Positions 36,750 to 49,027 of a stretch of DNA of 64,000 nt are shown one piece after another. Position 1 is the stretch's first letter. Each line of letters starts with the position of its first letter. The stretch is from assembly GCA_041392125.1 (NCBI GenBank), contig JAWKMR010000008.1, forward strand, positions 28,701 to 92,700, given 5' to 3'. A program made the translations under genes and the position numbers. The notes beneath the pieces were generated by a model. The model was given only the letters and a program-made list of their open reading frames with translations. It was not told the origin of the DNA and did not search any database. The stretch is from Flavobacteriaceae bacterium (GTDB taxonomy: Bacteria > Bacteroidota > Bacteroidia > Flavobacteriales > Flavobacteriaceae).

Positions 36750-38030
36750 CTAAAGTTTTCGCGCAGGAAGTACTTTCCCTTTACACTCTCCAAAACCAAT
36801 ACGAACCTGATCATTTTTACAATAACCACGCATAATTACGGTATCTCCATCATTAATGAATTTTCGCTCCGTACCATCATTCAACTTGAGGGGATTTTGG
36901 CCTTTCCAAGTAAGTTCGAGCATGGAGCCATAACTATCGGGAGTAGGACCGGAGATAGTACCACTACCCATCATGTCTCCACTCCGCACATTACAACCAT
37001 TAACAGTATGATGCGTTAATTGCTGCACCATAGACCAATACATATATTTAAAATTAGAACGACAAACTATATTTTCAGTTCCACCGGAAGGTTTAATGCT
37101 TGCTTCTAACTGAATGTCGTAATTCTTGTTTCCGCTTTGCTGTAAATAGGGAAGTGGTTTAGGGTTTTGCTCAGGTCCTTTTACGCGGAAGGCTTCCAAA
37201 GCATCTAAGGTAACAATCCAAGGCGAAATTGTAGAAGCAAAATTCTTTCCCAGGAAAGGTCCTAAGGGTACATATTCCCAAGCTTGTATATCGCGGGCAC
37301 TCCAATCGTTAAAAAGAACAAGTCCAAAAATATTTTCTTCAGCTTCGTCGATAGGAATTGGCTTGCCCAAATCATTTGAAGCAGTAGTAATAAAAGCCAT
37401 TTCCAATTCAAAATCTAATAATTTAGTGGCCCCAAATCCCGGTATTCCATCTTCTCCGGGAGAAGTTTGACCTACAGGTCTTCTAATGGGTGTCCCTGAA
37501 GGAACAATAGAGGAACTTCTTCCATGATAGCCAATGGGAACGTGCAGCCAGTTGGGCATTAACGCATTTTTGGGATCTCTAAAAATAGAACCCACATTGG
37601 TAGCGTGTTCCTTACTGGCATAGAAGTCGGTATAGTCACCCACGTCTACAGGTAATTGCATTTCAATTTCATCCAAATCGAAAAGCACCTTTTGTTTATG
37701 GTCTTCATTATCCCTCAATTTCGGGTTATCATGGGTAAATATTTTCGCAATTCGGTTACGCACCAATCGCCAGGTTTTTCTACCGTCTGCTATAAAATCA
37801 TTTAGACTATCCTGCAAAAAAATATCATCGGTTAATTCAATTCCGTCAAAATAGCCCAGCTGATGCAAAGCTCCTAAATCAATGGCGGTATCGCCAATTC
37901 GGGTGCCAATGGTAATAATATCGTCGCGTGTTAAAAACACACCAAAGGGTATATTTTGAATGGGAAAATCACTATTTGCCGGAACATCCAGCCACGTTTT
38001 TCTTGAAGGGTCGTTAGCAATGAGTGGCAT
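36750..38030 (-). CDS. fahA: Fumarylacetoacetase (likely start ATG 38030)
   Basis: DFPIQNIPFG, GDYTDFY, LDFELE and NDWSARDIQ.WEYVPLGPFLGK motifs. Confidence 0.95.
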   Translation of the reverse strand: MPLIANDPSRKTWLDVPANSDFPIQNIPFGVFLTRDDIITIGTRIGDTAIDLGALHQLGYFDGIELTDDIFLQDSLNDFIADGRKTWRLVRNRIAKIFTHDNPKLRDNEDHKQKVLFDLDEIEMQLPVDVGDYTDFYASKEHATNVGSIFRDPKNALMPNWLHVPIGYHGRSSSIVPSGTPIRRPVGQTSPGEDGIPGFGATKLLDFELEMAFITTASNDLGKPIPIDEAEENIFGLVLFNDWSARDIQAWEYVPLGPFLGKNFASTISPWIVTLDALEAFRVKGPEQNPKPLPYLQQSGNKNYDIQLEASIKPSGGTENIVCRSNFKYMYWSMVQQLTHHTVNGCNVRSGDMMGSGTISGPTPDSYGSMLELTWKGQNPLKLNDGTERKFINDGDTVIMRGYCKNDQVRIGFGECKGKVLPARKL

Positions 38031-38135
38031 AATTTGGGTTTTAATTGTTGGTAAAATGTTAATCAAATATATAATTTCTTCGCTAGTAACCATAAGCTTT
38101 TACTATTTTTGATTTTAATTAACTTTTACTCAACA

Positions 38136-39413
38136 ATGATTGCTAGAGACGAACAAATCTTTGAATTAATAGCTGCCGAAAAAGAACGCCAATTAAATGG
38201 ACTGGAGCTTATTGCCTCCGAAAATTTTGTAAGCCCCCAAGTCATGGAAGCGGCGGGAAGCGTATTAACCAATAAATACGCCGAAGGCTATCCCGGTAAA
38301 CGCTATTATGGTGGTTGTGAAATAGTTGACGAAGTGGAACAAATTGCCATTGATAGGGCAAAGACACTTTTTGGGGCAGAATATGCCAACGTACAGCCCC
38401 ATAGCGGTTCTCAGGCAAATACTGCAGTTTTTGCTGCTTGCCTTCAACCCGGTGATACTTTTTTAGGGTTCGATCTATCTCACGGCGGGCATTTAACCCA
38501 CGGAAGTCCTGTTAATTTTTCAGGGAGGTTATATAAACCACTCTTTTATGGAGTAGATGAAAAGACAGGGCGTTTAGATTATGATGCAATTGAAACTATT
38601 GCAGTTAAAGAAAAACCTAAAATGATTATTGCCGGAGCTTCTGCCTATTCGCGAGAAATAGACTACAAGCGGTTTAGAGAAATTGCAGACAAAGTAGGGG
38701 CTATCTTAATGGCAGATATTGCCCACCCGGCAGGCCTTATTGCCAAAGGGATTATTAGCGACCCTATTCCACATTGCCATGTGGTTACCACCACCACCCA
38801 TAAAACCCTTCGTGGGCCTCGTGGAGGAATGATTTTAATGGGAAAGGATTTTGATAATCCTTTTGGAATTACTTTAAAAAATGGAACCCTTCGAAAAATG
38901 TCGTCTTTATTAGACAGTGCGATTTTTCCTGGCAATCAAGGTGGGCCGTTGGAACATATTATTGCAGCCAAAGCTATTGCTTTTGGAGAGGCTTTGACGG
39001 ACGATTTTTTGCATTATATGGTTCAAGTAAAAAAGAACGCTGAAGTCATGGCGAAAGCATTTGTTGATAAAGGTTATCATATTATTTCCGGTGGAACCGA
39101 TAATCATATGATGCTTATCGATCTTAGGAATAAAAATATCTCCGGAAAAGAAGCCGAAGAAGCTCTTGGGAAAGCTGATATTACGGTAAATAAAAACATG
39201 GTGCCTTTTGACGATAAATCGCCATTTATTACCAGTGGAATCCGTATTGGAACTGCTGCAGTAACTACACGTGGTTTGCTGGAAAACGATATGCTAGAAG
39301 TAGTAGATTTGATAGATGCTGTTATTTTGAATTTCCAAGATGAAGCAAAATTGGAAGCTATTGCAGAAAAGGTGAACGAAATGATGGAAGGGAGACCGCT
39401 GTTTAAAGCCTAA
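38136..39413 (+). CDS. glyA: Serine hydroxymethyltransferase (likely start ATG 38136)
   Basis: [36 protein letters not shown] motifs. Confidence 0.97.
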   Translation: MIARDEQIFELIAAEKERQLNGLELIASENFVSPQVMEAAGSVLTNKYAEGYPGKRYYGGCEIVDEVEQIAIDRAKTLFGAEYANVQPHSGSQANTAVFAACLQPGDTFLGFDLSHGGHLTHGSPVNFSGRLYKPLFYGVDEKTGRLDYDAIETIAVKEKPKMIIAGASAYSREIDYKRFREIADKVGAILMADIAHPAGLIAKGIISDPIPHCHVVTTTTHKTLRGPRGGMILMGKDFDNPFGITLKNGTLRKMSSLLDSAIFPGNQGGPLEHIIAAKAIAFGEALTDDFLHYMVQVKKNAEVMAKAFVDKGYHIISGGTDNHMMLIDLRNKNISGKEAEEALGKADITVNKNMVPFDDKSPFITSGIRIGTAAVTTRGLLENDMLEVVDLIDAVILNFQDEAKLEAIAEKVNEMMEGRPLFKA

Positions 39414-39418
39414 AATAA

Positions 39419-39928
39419 ATGTTTCAAACCCCTCGTCTTTACCTTCGGAAGATTTCGGTCTTAGACGCTCCTTTTATCTTTGAACTTCTAAACAGCAAGG
39501 AGTGGTTGAAGTATATTGGAGACAGAGGGATAGATTCTATAGAAAAAGCCGAAGCCTATATTGAAAAAAATTACCTGCCCATTTGTAAAAATGGTTTAGG
39601 TGTTTTTGTGGTCACTTTAAGTAGCAGCCATCTATCCATAGGAACTTGTGGTCTTTATCAACGGGATACGCTGGATCATCCGGATATCGGGTTTGCTTTT
39701 TTACCCGAATATATAGGAAAAGGCTACGGATTTGAGGCGGCTTCAGCAGTTGTAAAATATGCTTTGGAAAATTTAAAACTCGCTTCTCTTTATGGATTTA
39801 CACTACCAGAGAATATACCTTCTATTAAACTCCTGGAAAAATTGGGGTTGCAAAATAAAGGTAGTTTTAACCTGGAAGGGGATGAAGCAGAATTATTACT
39901 TTTTAAAATTATTAATAAAAAAGCCTGA
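39419..39928 (+). CDS. GNAT (RimJ/RimL-like) N-acetyltransferase
   Basis: TPRLYLR, DIGFAFLPEYIGKGYG.EA and N.PSIKLLEKLG motifs. Confidence 0.88.
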   Translation: MFQTPRLYLRKISVLDAPFIFELLNSKEWLKYIGDRGIDSIEKAEAYIEKNYLPICKNGLGVFVVTLSSSHLSIGTCGLYQRDTLDHPDIGFAFLPEYIGKGYGFEAASAVVKYALENLKLASLYGFTLPENIPSIKLLEKLGLQNKGSFNLEGDEAELLLFKIINKKA

Positions 39929-39945
39929 CAAAATCAGGCTTTTTT
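39917..39945. terminator. Bidirectional intrinsic terminator
   Basis: AAAAAAGCCTGA / TCAGGCTTTTTT. Confidence 0.8.
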
Positions 39946-39958
39946 ATGGTAACTATAA

Positions 39959-41500
39959 TTAATCTTCCTTTGGGAAAATGGTGGCTTCATAGGCCCCGGC
40001 ATCGGGAGCGGCTATACTTCTTTGAGTTCCATTTAAATCGACAAAAGGTAGAACACCCCCTAAACCTAAACTTTGAGCCCCGGAAGTTCCTTCTTCAATA
40101 TTCAAATTGTTTACTGTTACATCTTGAAAAACAGGATCAGCATTAAAAACGCAATTGGTATACAATGCTTGATTGTCAAAATTATAATTTGGTAGTCCAT
40201 CAAAGTCGCCTTGAGGGTCTTCAAAACGAAGCAAACTATTCGTAAAATTAAAATTGAAGGTTGCACTTTCATCTTCAATGAAAGCAATTTCACGTTGCTC
40301 ACTTCCGTAGATGATACAGTTGGTAAAGTTTGCTTCAACTAAATCTGCAACTAAAATTTCAGTATCACTTACAGGAAGTGAATTATCTAAGCTAAGTGTT
40401 GGAAAACTTCGGAAAGAATTGGTCCAATAATTTCCAAAAGTGCAATGATTAAACGTGTATCGTCCACCCAACTGAACTGCCAATGATGATTGTCCGCAAT
40501 TGGAAACAACCATATTCTCGCCAAGTACGTCTCCCGTCCTTGCCAACAATCCTACATTAGCACTGTTATAAATTTGAACGTTGGACAGTGTAAGTGTTCT
40601 ATCTCCATCGTTACTATCCATTAAAATACCAACCACATTGTTTTTAATAGTAGTATAACTAAATTCATTATCGGTACTGCCTGCGGTAAGCCATATAGTA
40701 CCCCATTGGCCGGGTACGTCGGAAAAATCAGGTTCTAGACGATCGCCTTCAAAAATAATTTCATTTTCTAAGGCCTCAGGATCAGAACTGGGTGCCCCAT
40801 TGGCTTTAATGGAAGCGGCATTGGCAACTAAAATACCACTCACTTCATGAAAGTGAATTCTTGCTCCGGGCTGAATAATTAATGTTTTCCCGGGTGCAAC
40901 GGCAGCGTAGCCATAAATAACATAAGGTTTTTCATTAGTGAAGGTAAGCTCAGGGTCGTCTAAAAAATATCCTTCAATAAGCACAGGCTCTTCTGCTGTA
41001 CCTAAGTTTAACGTTTCTGTAGTGCCATCCGGAAATCGTTCGGGGTATAAAAACACCGCATCTTGTATTAGGGTTACTAATTCTACCTTTTGTTCATTAC
41101 CCCCGCTGTCGAAAAGAATTTGATCGGTATATAAAAACTGGGTATTATTGGTTTGTGTGGTTACATCTACAGTAGTTTCAATAAAAATAAAAATACTATC
41201 CTTGGCCATAATTTGCACATCTTCAAATACTTTTCCGGGGATACCATCTACATTTAAGCGATAATTGGAAGCCTCTCCTTGTGCTAATCGAACGGAAGGA
41301 ATGTGGATGTCTTTATCACTTTTGTTATATACTTTAAGATTGTAGGTACTGGAGCCAATATTGGTAAAAACCGTATCGAGATACACAGTATCTTTGGAAA
41401 ATTGCAGATTTCCGGTACTAGGGCTGGTTTCAAAATCGTTACGGCAGGAACTCCACAATAACACAGAGGCAATCAGTGCCAATCCATATAGATATTTCAT
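39959..41500 (-). CDS. Conserved Bacteroidota lipoprotein with right-handed beta-helix-like region
   Basis: Lipobox WSSC; FSKDTVYLDTVF, F.GDRLE...PGQWG, and NCIIYG repeats. Confidence 0.7.
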   Translation of the reverse strand: MKYLYGLALIASVLLWSSCRNDFETSPSTGNLQFSKDTVYLDTVFTNIGSSTYNLKVYNKSDKDIHIPSVRLAQGEASNYRLNVDGIPGKVFEDVQIMAKDSIFIFIETTVDVTTQTNNTQFLYTDQILFDSGGNEQKVELVTLIQDAVFLYPERFPDGTTETLNLGTAEEPVLIEGYFLDDPELTFTNEKPYVIYGYAAVAPGKTLIIQPGARIHFHEVSGILVANAASIKANGAPSSDPEALENEIIFEGDRLEPDFSDVPGQWGTIWLTAGSTDNEFSYTTIKNNVVGILMDSNDGDRTLTLSNVQIYNSANVGLLARTGDVLGENMVVSNCGQSSLAVQLGGRYTFNHCTFGNYWTNSFRSFPTLSLDNSLPVSDTEILVADLVEANFTNCIIYGSEQREIAFIEDESATFNFNFTNSLLRFEDPQGDFDGLPNYNFDNQALYTNCVFNADPVFQDVTVNNLNIEEGTSGAQSLGLGGVLPFVDLNGTQRSIAAPDAGAYEATIFPKED

Positions 41501-41573
41501 TCAGTTATTTTTTGGTAAAAATATAACTTTTTATGGAGCAACTTATTGTGATTTGCAAAAGAAATAAGTAAGT

Positions 41574-41614
41574 GAGGCAGTGAAGGCTTCCCTCAAAACT
41601 TTTTTCACTGCCTC
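41574..41614 (-). terminator. Stem-loop, probable terminator
   Basis: 11-bp inverted repeat GAGGCAGTGAA / TTCACTGCCTC just downstream of the 41624 gene. Confidence 0.6.
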
Positions 41615-41623
41615 GTATCCAAC

Positions 41624-42826
41624 TTACTTCCTTTTTTGATTTCTTTTGAGTAGACGTGCTGCTTTTTTTCGCTCGGCTTTTACTTTATTGTAAGCTTTTA
41701 CTTTATCATTATATTCTTTTCTTTCCTCAATACTTGAAGTACTAATGTTTTGATAATAAAAACTACTAACTGATACTGCCCCTCCTACAACAACTATTTC
41801 ATTTAAAAGTGTACCATCTAGCTCCATTGAGAAGCTAATTTCGTTATTAATATTTGATATTGCTATTTCTTTAGTTTTATAACCTAGATAAGAAAATTGC
41901 AATGTTTGATTTGGTTCCAGTTCAATACTATAGTTTCCATCAAAATCGGTTTGGGTACCATTTGTTGTTCCTTTTACCAAAATATTGACACCTGGCAGAA
42001 CTAGATTGTTTTCATCGGTTACAGTTCCTTTAATGAAGATATTTGTGGAGTCTTCTTGTTTTTCAATATGCTCTGTGGGTTTTTCAAATTTACATGTTGA
42101 AACATTACTCTCTAAGACTTTGATTATATCACTTTTAGGCGTTTCTATAACTTCTATATCTCCGGAAGTAATTTGCATTACTTCTTCCTTTATTTCCTCA
42201 GGAGCTATTCTTCCAAGAATAAGATTGTTTTGTACTTCAACAGCAAAAAGCGAAATAGTTACATTTTCGTTTTTACTACCCAATGTAATTGTCTTGCTTC
42301 GCAGCGCTCCTTTGTTTACAACCAGTTTTGAACCACTGGCACATTTTAAACTGAAGAAACCTTCTTTATTTGTTAACGCTGAAATATCACTATTCAAAAT
42401 TTGAATCTTTGCATTTTCAACAGCTTGCCCCGCTTCATCAGTTACATAACCTGATACTTGAATAATAGATTTTACGGGATTACTTCCAATGCCTAAAGAA
42501 ATATATGGTTTCTCAATAGCATTATTTTTTACTTCAGAAGTAGCCAAAACAGACAACGGCATCAATAAAGAAGCGGCATAGGGGAGTAGGCTGTTCCCTG
42601 ATTTTCGCTCTAATGTTAGTTCTCTGTCCAACTGAGATTTCTTGAAACGCCCACACAAGTTTTTTCCTTGCGTTACCCGTTTCACCAAATCTTCATCTGC
42701 TGTTTGGGTAAAATCGAATACTTCTTTAGTACAAACGCTGCAAAATTTACCTTTTTCGGTAGGAGTCATTTTTGCCCAATCTTCGTGGCAAGGCTCTGGG
42801 ATAGAAATTCGGATGGCTTTTTTCAT
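41624..42826 (-). CDS. Protein with Cys/His-rich N-terminal domain and two carboxypeptidase-regulatory-like domains
   Basis: IPEPCHEDW...FCSVC...LCGRF; two G.VTDE...GV/A.I...T..DG.(F/Y)S modules. Confidence 0.75.
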   Translation of the reverse strand: MKKAIRISIPEPCHEDWAKMTPTEKGKFCSVCTKEVFDFTQTADEDLVKRVTQGKNLCGRFKKSQLDRELTLERKSGNSLLPYAASLLMPLSVLATSEVKNNAIEKPYISLGIGSNPVKSIIQVSGYVTDEAGQAVENAKIQILNSDISALTNKEGFFSLKCASGSKLVVNKGALRSKTITLGSKNENVTISLFAVEVQNNLILGRIAPEEIKEEVMQITSGDIEVIETPKSDIIKVLESNVSTCKFEKPTEHIEKQEDSTNIFIKGTVTDENNLVLPGVNILVKGTTNGTQTDFDGNYSIELEPNQTLQFSYLGYKTKEIAISNINNEISFSMELDGTLLNEIVVVGGAVSVSSFYYQNISTSSIEERKEYNDKVKAYNKVKAERKKAARLLKRNQKRK

Positions 42827-42875
42827 GGTGTTAAGGTTTTACATTGATACCTCAAAGCACCTTATTTTTTGTGAT

Positions 42876-42908
42876 AAAAAAAACGTCTATTGAGTGAATA
42901 GACGTTTT
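42876..42908 (-). terminator. Intrinsic terminator of the glutaminyl cyclase gene
   Basis: AAAACGTCTATT / AATAGACGTTTT with a long T tail on the minus strand. Confidence 0.8.
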
Positions 42909-42931
42909 GAATGAGGGAAATATTCAAAAAT

Positions 42932-43975
42932 TTATTTTTCTACAATTTCAATCTTGAAAAGTTTGTCCCAGTTTTTTCCGGTTACATATAAAATATTTGG
43001 TTCTCCTTTATAGGCAATTCCGTTTAAGACATCTAATGTGGTGTGCTGTGTAACTTGATCCTGTAGACCTTTCATATTAATAACTCCTTCTACAGCACCA
43101 TTTGTTGGGTTTACAATAGCAATGGCATCCTTTTGATAAATATTGGCGTAAATTTTTCCTTCTACCCATTCCAACTCATTGACTTTATCAATAATACTAT
43201 GATTGGTATAAATTTCTATATAATCTTCCTCTGCAAGGTTATTGGCATTGAGGGTCCAAATTTTTTCGGTGCCATCACTTTTGTAAATTTTAGATCCGTC
43301 ATTACAAAGACCCCATCCTTCTTTACTTTGGGTATAAACAAAGGTTCCGGTTTTTTCTAAGGTATTTAAACGGTAAATAAAACCGGTTTTTGCCTGCCAT
43401 GTAAGCTGGTAGATTTTATTGTTAAGAATTGTAATTCCCTCTCCAAAATACTGATCCTCCAACGCAACTTTTTGAAGTACCTCTCCTGTTTTGTAATTTG
43501 TTTTTCGCAGCGATGAGTGCATTCGTTGCCCCGTACTCTCATAGAGGGTATCATTTTTAAATTCAAGCCCTTGGGTATATGCTTTTATGTCATGTGGATA
43601 GGTTTCAAGGATTTTATAAGTGTAAAGGATAGGTGTTTTTGAAGCCAAAACTTTAATCGTTTTTGTTACTTCATAATTTTTTCCTTCCGATGTAATTAAA
43701 GCTTGAATAGTTCTATTTCCCATTTTGGCTTGCGATAGTGAAATAGTAGTTTCAGAAGAAATTTTACTTCCATCGAGGGTATAAACCACATTTTCAATTT
43801 TCTTTCCTTTTTTATTAGAAAGACTTACAGTAAGCACATCCTCTTGGGTATAAGTGTTCTTGGGATTATTAATTTCAATGGAAAAAAGTTCGTTTGCTTG
43901 TTCCGGGGTATAATTACAGGCTATAAAAAAGAATACCAATAGGTTAATACCGATATACTTATGTGGTTGCATCAT
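42932..43975 (-). CDS. Glutaminyl-peptide cyclotransferase (type I QC), lipoprotein
   Basis: YTQGLEF, ESTG, FGEG, QLTW, EGWGL, NELE and VLNGIA motifs; lipobox FIAC. Confidence 0.92.
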   Translation of the reverse strand: MMQPHKYIGINLLVFFFIACNYTPEQANELFSIEINNPKNTYTQEDVLTVSLSNKKGKKIENVVYTLDGSKISSETTISLSQAKMGNRTIQALITSEGKNYEVTKTIKVLASKTPILYTYKILETYPHDIKAYTQGLEFKNDTLYESTGQRMHSSLRKTNYKTGEVLQKVALEDQYFGEGITILNNKIYQLTWQAKTGFIYRLNTLEKTGTFVYTQSKEGWGLCNDGSKIYKSDGTEKIWTLNANNLAEEDYIEIYTNHSIIDKVNELEWVEGKIYANIYQKDAIAIVNPTNGAVEGVINMKGLQDQVTQHTTLDVLNGIAYKGEPNILYVTGKNWDKLFKIEIVEK

Positions 43976-44024
43976 GGGTCAATAATTTTTGGCAATATAC
44001 TCATAATAATTGATGCTAAAAATG

Positions 44025-44056
44025 TTTGTGGAAGCATAAAATGCAACGTATATTTG
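44025..44056 (+). promoter_or_regulatory. Primary-sigma promoter of the SRP RNA
   Basis: TTTG (44025-44028), 20-bp spacer, TATATTTG (44049-44056) immediately before the RNA. Confidence 0.75.
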
Positions 44057-44059
44057 CAT

Positions 44060-44155
44060 CGGCAAGTCCTACACAACCAGCTCCTGTGGAATCCCCCAGG
44101 GTGGGAACGCAGCAAGGGTATACGGTCGTAGCGGTGTGATGTAGGTAGCTTGCCA
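44060..44155 (+). ncRNA. ffs: Small SRP RNA (4.5S)
   Basis: About 95-nt rod closed by GGCAAG/CTTGCC, with helix-8 motif CCAGG-GTGGGAAC-GCAGC. Own promoter and T-run. Confidence 0.9.
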
Positions 44156-44209
44156 TTTTTTATTTGGAATACTTTGTCCAACTTCCCATCTTTGTTATAA
44201 TATTTCAAT

Positions 44210-45016
44210 ATGTCTAAAGTTGTACTAATTACAGGGGGCTCTTCAGGAATTGGAAAAGCCATTGGAGAATATCTTCATTCCAAACAATATATTGTATACG
44301 GTACCAGTAGAAATCCTGCCGCTAATTCAAACAGCATTTTCACATTACTTCCGTTAGATGTTACGAAACAAGAGACCATTACGAAGGCTATTTCTGAAAT
44401 CATCCAAAAAGAAGGAACAATTGATGTTTTAATCAATAATGCAGGAGTAGGAATTACAGGTCCCATTGAAGAAACACCCACTAATGAAATAAAGAAAGCC
44501 TTCGATACTAACTATTATGGCCCATTGGAAATGATAAAAGCTGTATTACCCCAAATGCGTCAACAACGAAGCGGACTAATTATTAATATTACTTCCATAG
44601 CAGGTTATATGGGACTTCCATATCGCGGTGTTTATTCGGCCACAAAAGCTGCTTTAGAAATTACAACCGAAGCCTACCGCATGGAATTAAAATCCTTCGG
44701 AATAACCATGACTAATGTGGCTCCGGGCGATTTTGCCACCAATATTGCTTCAGGACGTTATCATGCACCCGTATTAGAAGATTCTCCCTATAAAAAAGCG
44801 TATTCAGATACCTTAACAATGATGAATGCGCATGTTAATGGAGGAGGAGACCCAATAGCAGTGGCTAAGGCTGTTAATCAAATTATAGCGACTCAAAGCC
44901 CGAAAGTGCATTATAAAGTTGGGTCAAAACTTCAGAAAGTATCCATATTTCTGAAAAAAATCCTTTCAGATAAACGCTACGAAAAAATGGTAATGAAACA
45001 TTATAAACTGAAATAA
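44210..45016 (+). CDS. SDR family oxidoreductase
   Basis: TGGSSGIG, NNAG and YSATK motifs. Confidence 0.92.
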   Translation: MSKVVLITGGSSGIGKAIGEYLHSKQYIVYGTSRNPAANSNSIFTLLPLDVTKQETITKAISEIIQKEGTIDVLINNAGVGITGPIEETPTNEIKKAFDTNYYGPLEMIKAVLPQMRQQRSGLIINITSIAGYMGLPYRGVYSATKAALEITTEAYRMELKSFGITMTNVAPGDFATNIASGRYHAPVLEDSPYKKAYSDTLTMMNAHVNGGGDPIAVAKAVNQIIATQSPKVHYKVGSKLQKVSIFLKKILSDKRYEKMVMKHYKLK

Positions 45017-45108
45017 GTTTTTGTTAAAAACCTTTCGAAACTTTTTTCAGAAAGCTTTCAAAGCTTCCTTACTTTTGCATACAAATAATAATCTAAAATT
45101 AGTTCCTG

Positions 45109-45762
45109 ATGAAATTTTTCATAGATACTGCAAATCTTGATCAAATACGTGAAGCTCAAAATTTGGGCGTACTGGATGGTGTTACCACAAATCCTTCGCT
45201 TATGGCAAAGGAGGGGATTACAGGCCGCGATAATATTCTAAAACATTATGTGGCGATATGTAATATTGTGGAAGGCGATGTATCTGCGGAAGTAATTGCT
45301 ACCGATTTTGCCGGAATGGTAAAAGAAGGAGAGCAACTTGCCGATTTGCACCCTCAAATTGTGGTAAAAGTGCCTATGATTAAAGAAGGGGTTAAAGCCA
45401 TTAAATATTTTTCGGACCATGGCATTAGAACCAATTGTACTTTAGTTTTCTCTGCCGGACAAGCCTTATTGGCAGCCAAAGCTGGAGCAACCTATGTCTC
45501 TCCCTTTATAGGAAGACTGGATGATATTTCTACTGATGGCTTGAATTTGATTGCCGAAATTCGTCAGATCTATGATAATTATGGTTTTGAAACTCAAATT
45601 TTAGCGGCTTCCGTTCGCCATACCATGCACGTGTTGGAGTGTGCAAAAATAGGAGCCGATGTTATGACGGGACCACTTTCTTCTATTGAAGGGTTATTGA
45701 ACCACCCATTAACCGATATTGGGTTAGAGAAATTTCTGGCAGATTATAAAAAAGGAAATTAA
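45109..45762 (+). CDS. fsa: Transaldolase / fructose-6-phosphate aldolase family
   Basis: [20 protein letters not shown] and [11 protein letters not shown] motifs. Confidence 0.92.
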   Translation: MKFFIDTANLDQIREAQNLGVLDGVTTNPSLMAKEGITGRDNILKHYVAICNIVEGDVSAEVIATDFAGMVKEGEQLADLHPQIVVKVPMIKEGVKAIKYFSDHGIRTNCTLVFSAGQALLAAKAGATYVSPFIGRLDDISTDGLNLIAEIRQIYDNYGFETQILAASVRHTMHVLECAKIGADVMTGPLSSIEGLLNHPLTDIGLEKFLADYKKGN

Positions 45763-45772
45763 AAAAACAATA

Positions 45773-47188
45773 TTATTGATTTAGGTGCCCTAATAGTTGT
45801 TCTTCTATAGAGGCATTAAAAATATTGGAATTACCATCCAGTATCTTTAAATCCTTATCTACAATAATAGACTTGTTTACGTAGTTTACCAATAGTTTTT
45901 GTTCGGCATCATTAAAGTTTTCAAATTGGTATTCAAACTGGCCATTGTATCCGGCATTTTGAACAGTTCTTACCCATTTTTTGAAATGGGTATCAATGTT
46001 AATTCCTATGAAATTGTATTCCGGATATTTTTCACGCAATTCAGAGGATCGGGTGTGAATTTTTCGGTAATGTTTAATTGACTCCGAAGACCAGAAAAAA
46101 AGTACGGTAGGTTTTTTTATGATAGAATGAAGGTCTTTTAATGTATTATCGGTAGAGACTAAGGCTACGTTTGGAATTTCGTTTCCTGTGGCCAATTTAA
46201 TAGTAGCACTGGCCAGCTTTTCAACTTCGGCAATATCGGTACTGTCGGTATTTAGCTTTTTAAAAGCTTCTAACATTTGCAGTTCTTCAGAAACATCTTT
46301 TCCATTCAATAGGTATCGCACTACCGAGTTTCGGGAAAGTGTATTTTTAAGGGAAGTATTGGTAATTAAACTATCAATGATTTTTATTTTATAAGAATTG
46401 TGCGTAAAAGAAAATCGATCGAATGGTTCTCTATTTTCATACTTTTCATACGCCAGATTGTCCAGATAATTACCTAAAAAACGAAAATAGGGGTAATAAT
46501 TACGCAGGCCTTCGTTTCCAAAATCGATACTGTCTCTAAAGGCATAAAAACTTTCAGGAATATCGATACTTTCATCATAAATTTTCTTTTTTGAATTGGC
46601 CGAAATATAAAGCTCCTTTTTTGAATAGATACTATAGGTTATGGATGCATTGGCAACATCATCAAAAGCCTTAGAGGTTTTTATCTTTTCTTTAAAGCTT
46701 TCAAAGAGGTTTTTTCGGGAACTACTTACAGAGTCCATTTTAGCACTAAATTCTTCGGGGCCAATATTGTAATACGTAAGCATATTATCATCTACATCTT
46801 CATTAAGTAAATAAAGCTCCATTAAAAGATTATTCTTTTCGGCGCCTCGACCTGTAAAAGAAAGAGATTCATCAAATTCTATTGTATTTACATAAATCAT
46901 AACGCTGTCGCCAGGTTCAAGAAACATGGCTTGATACTCGTAGTGACTAAAAAAATAAATACCGGGATCTGTATTTTCTATTTTATAAATAAAACTATCT
47001 GTAGAATCTAAAGCGACAGTATCTATAATACTACGATTATGGGAAATAACCACATAGTCCAACTTTGGGTTTACTATTTTACCACCAATCCAAGATACAC
47101 CACATTCACCTTTTTTGGAAGATGTATTGCAGGATATAAAGGTAGTAACCGTAAGTAAAAGGAATAGTATTTTTTTAATCAATCGCAC
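45773..47188 (-). CDS. Lipoprotein with C-terminal TlpA/thioredoxin-like fold lacking CxxC
   Basis: Lipobox FISC; GNEIPNV.L...KPTVLFFWS...FIGINID...W thioredoxin-like pattern. Confidence 0.65.
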   Translation of the reverse strand: MRLIKKILFLLLTVTTFISCNTSSKKGECGVSWIGGKIVNPKLDYVVISHNRSIIDTVALDSTDSFIYKIENTDPGIYFFSHYEYQAMFLEPGDSVMIYVNTIEFDESLSFTGRGAEKNNLLMELYLLNEDVDDNMLTYYNIGPEEFSAKMDSVSSSRKNLFESFKEKIKTSKAFDDVANASITYSIYSKKELYISANSKKKIYDESIDIPESFYAFRDSIDFGNEGLRNYYPYFRFLGNYLDNLAYEKYENREPFDRFSFTHNSYKIKIIDSLITNTSLKNTLSRNSVVRYLLNGKDVSEELQMLEAFKKLNTDSTDIAEVEKLASATIKLATGNEIPNVALVSTDNTLKDLHSIIKKPTVLFFWSSESIKHYRKIHTRSSELREKYPEYNFIGINIDTHFKKWVRTVQNAGYNGQFEYQFENFNDAEQKLLVNYVNKSIIVDKDLKILDGNSNIFNASIEEQLLGHLNQ

Positions 47189-47321
47189 CTATGTTTCAAT
47201 TTCAATAGCAAAAATAGTAGACAACCCTCCCTTATTTTGTTAATTACTCGTTAAAAGATGATAAAAAGCCTATCTCCTTTATTTATCGCACTTATTTGGT
47301 TATTTTTGCACCCAATTTTGA

Positions 47322-48965
<1,644 letters not shown>

Positions 48966-48984
48966 ATATATTCTATAAAACAAT

Positions 48985-49016
48985 AAAAAAGGCCAACAAT
49001 TCTGTTGGCCTTTTTT
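48985..49016. terminator. Bidirectional intrinsic terminator
   Basis: AAAAAAGGCCAACA / TGTTGGCCTTTTTT. Confidence 0.88.
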
Positions 49017-49027
49017 ATTTCATACTA

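Noticed and set aside
38031-38135. Riboswitch (glycine/ZTP/THF) before glyA
   Set aside because: The divergent intergenic region is short and AT-rich, with no recognisable aptamer.
43972-44262. 96-aa minus-strand ORF
   Set aside because: It is antisense to the SRP RNA and the SDR gene start; a shadow ORF.
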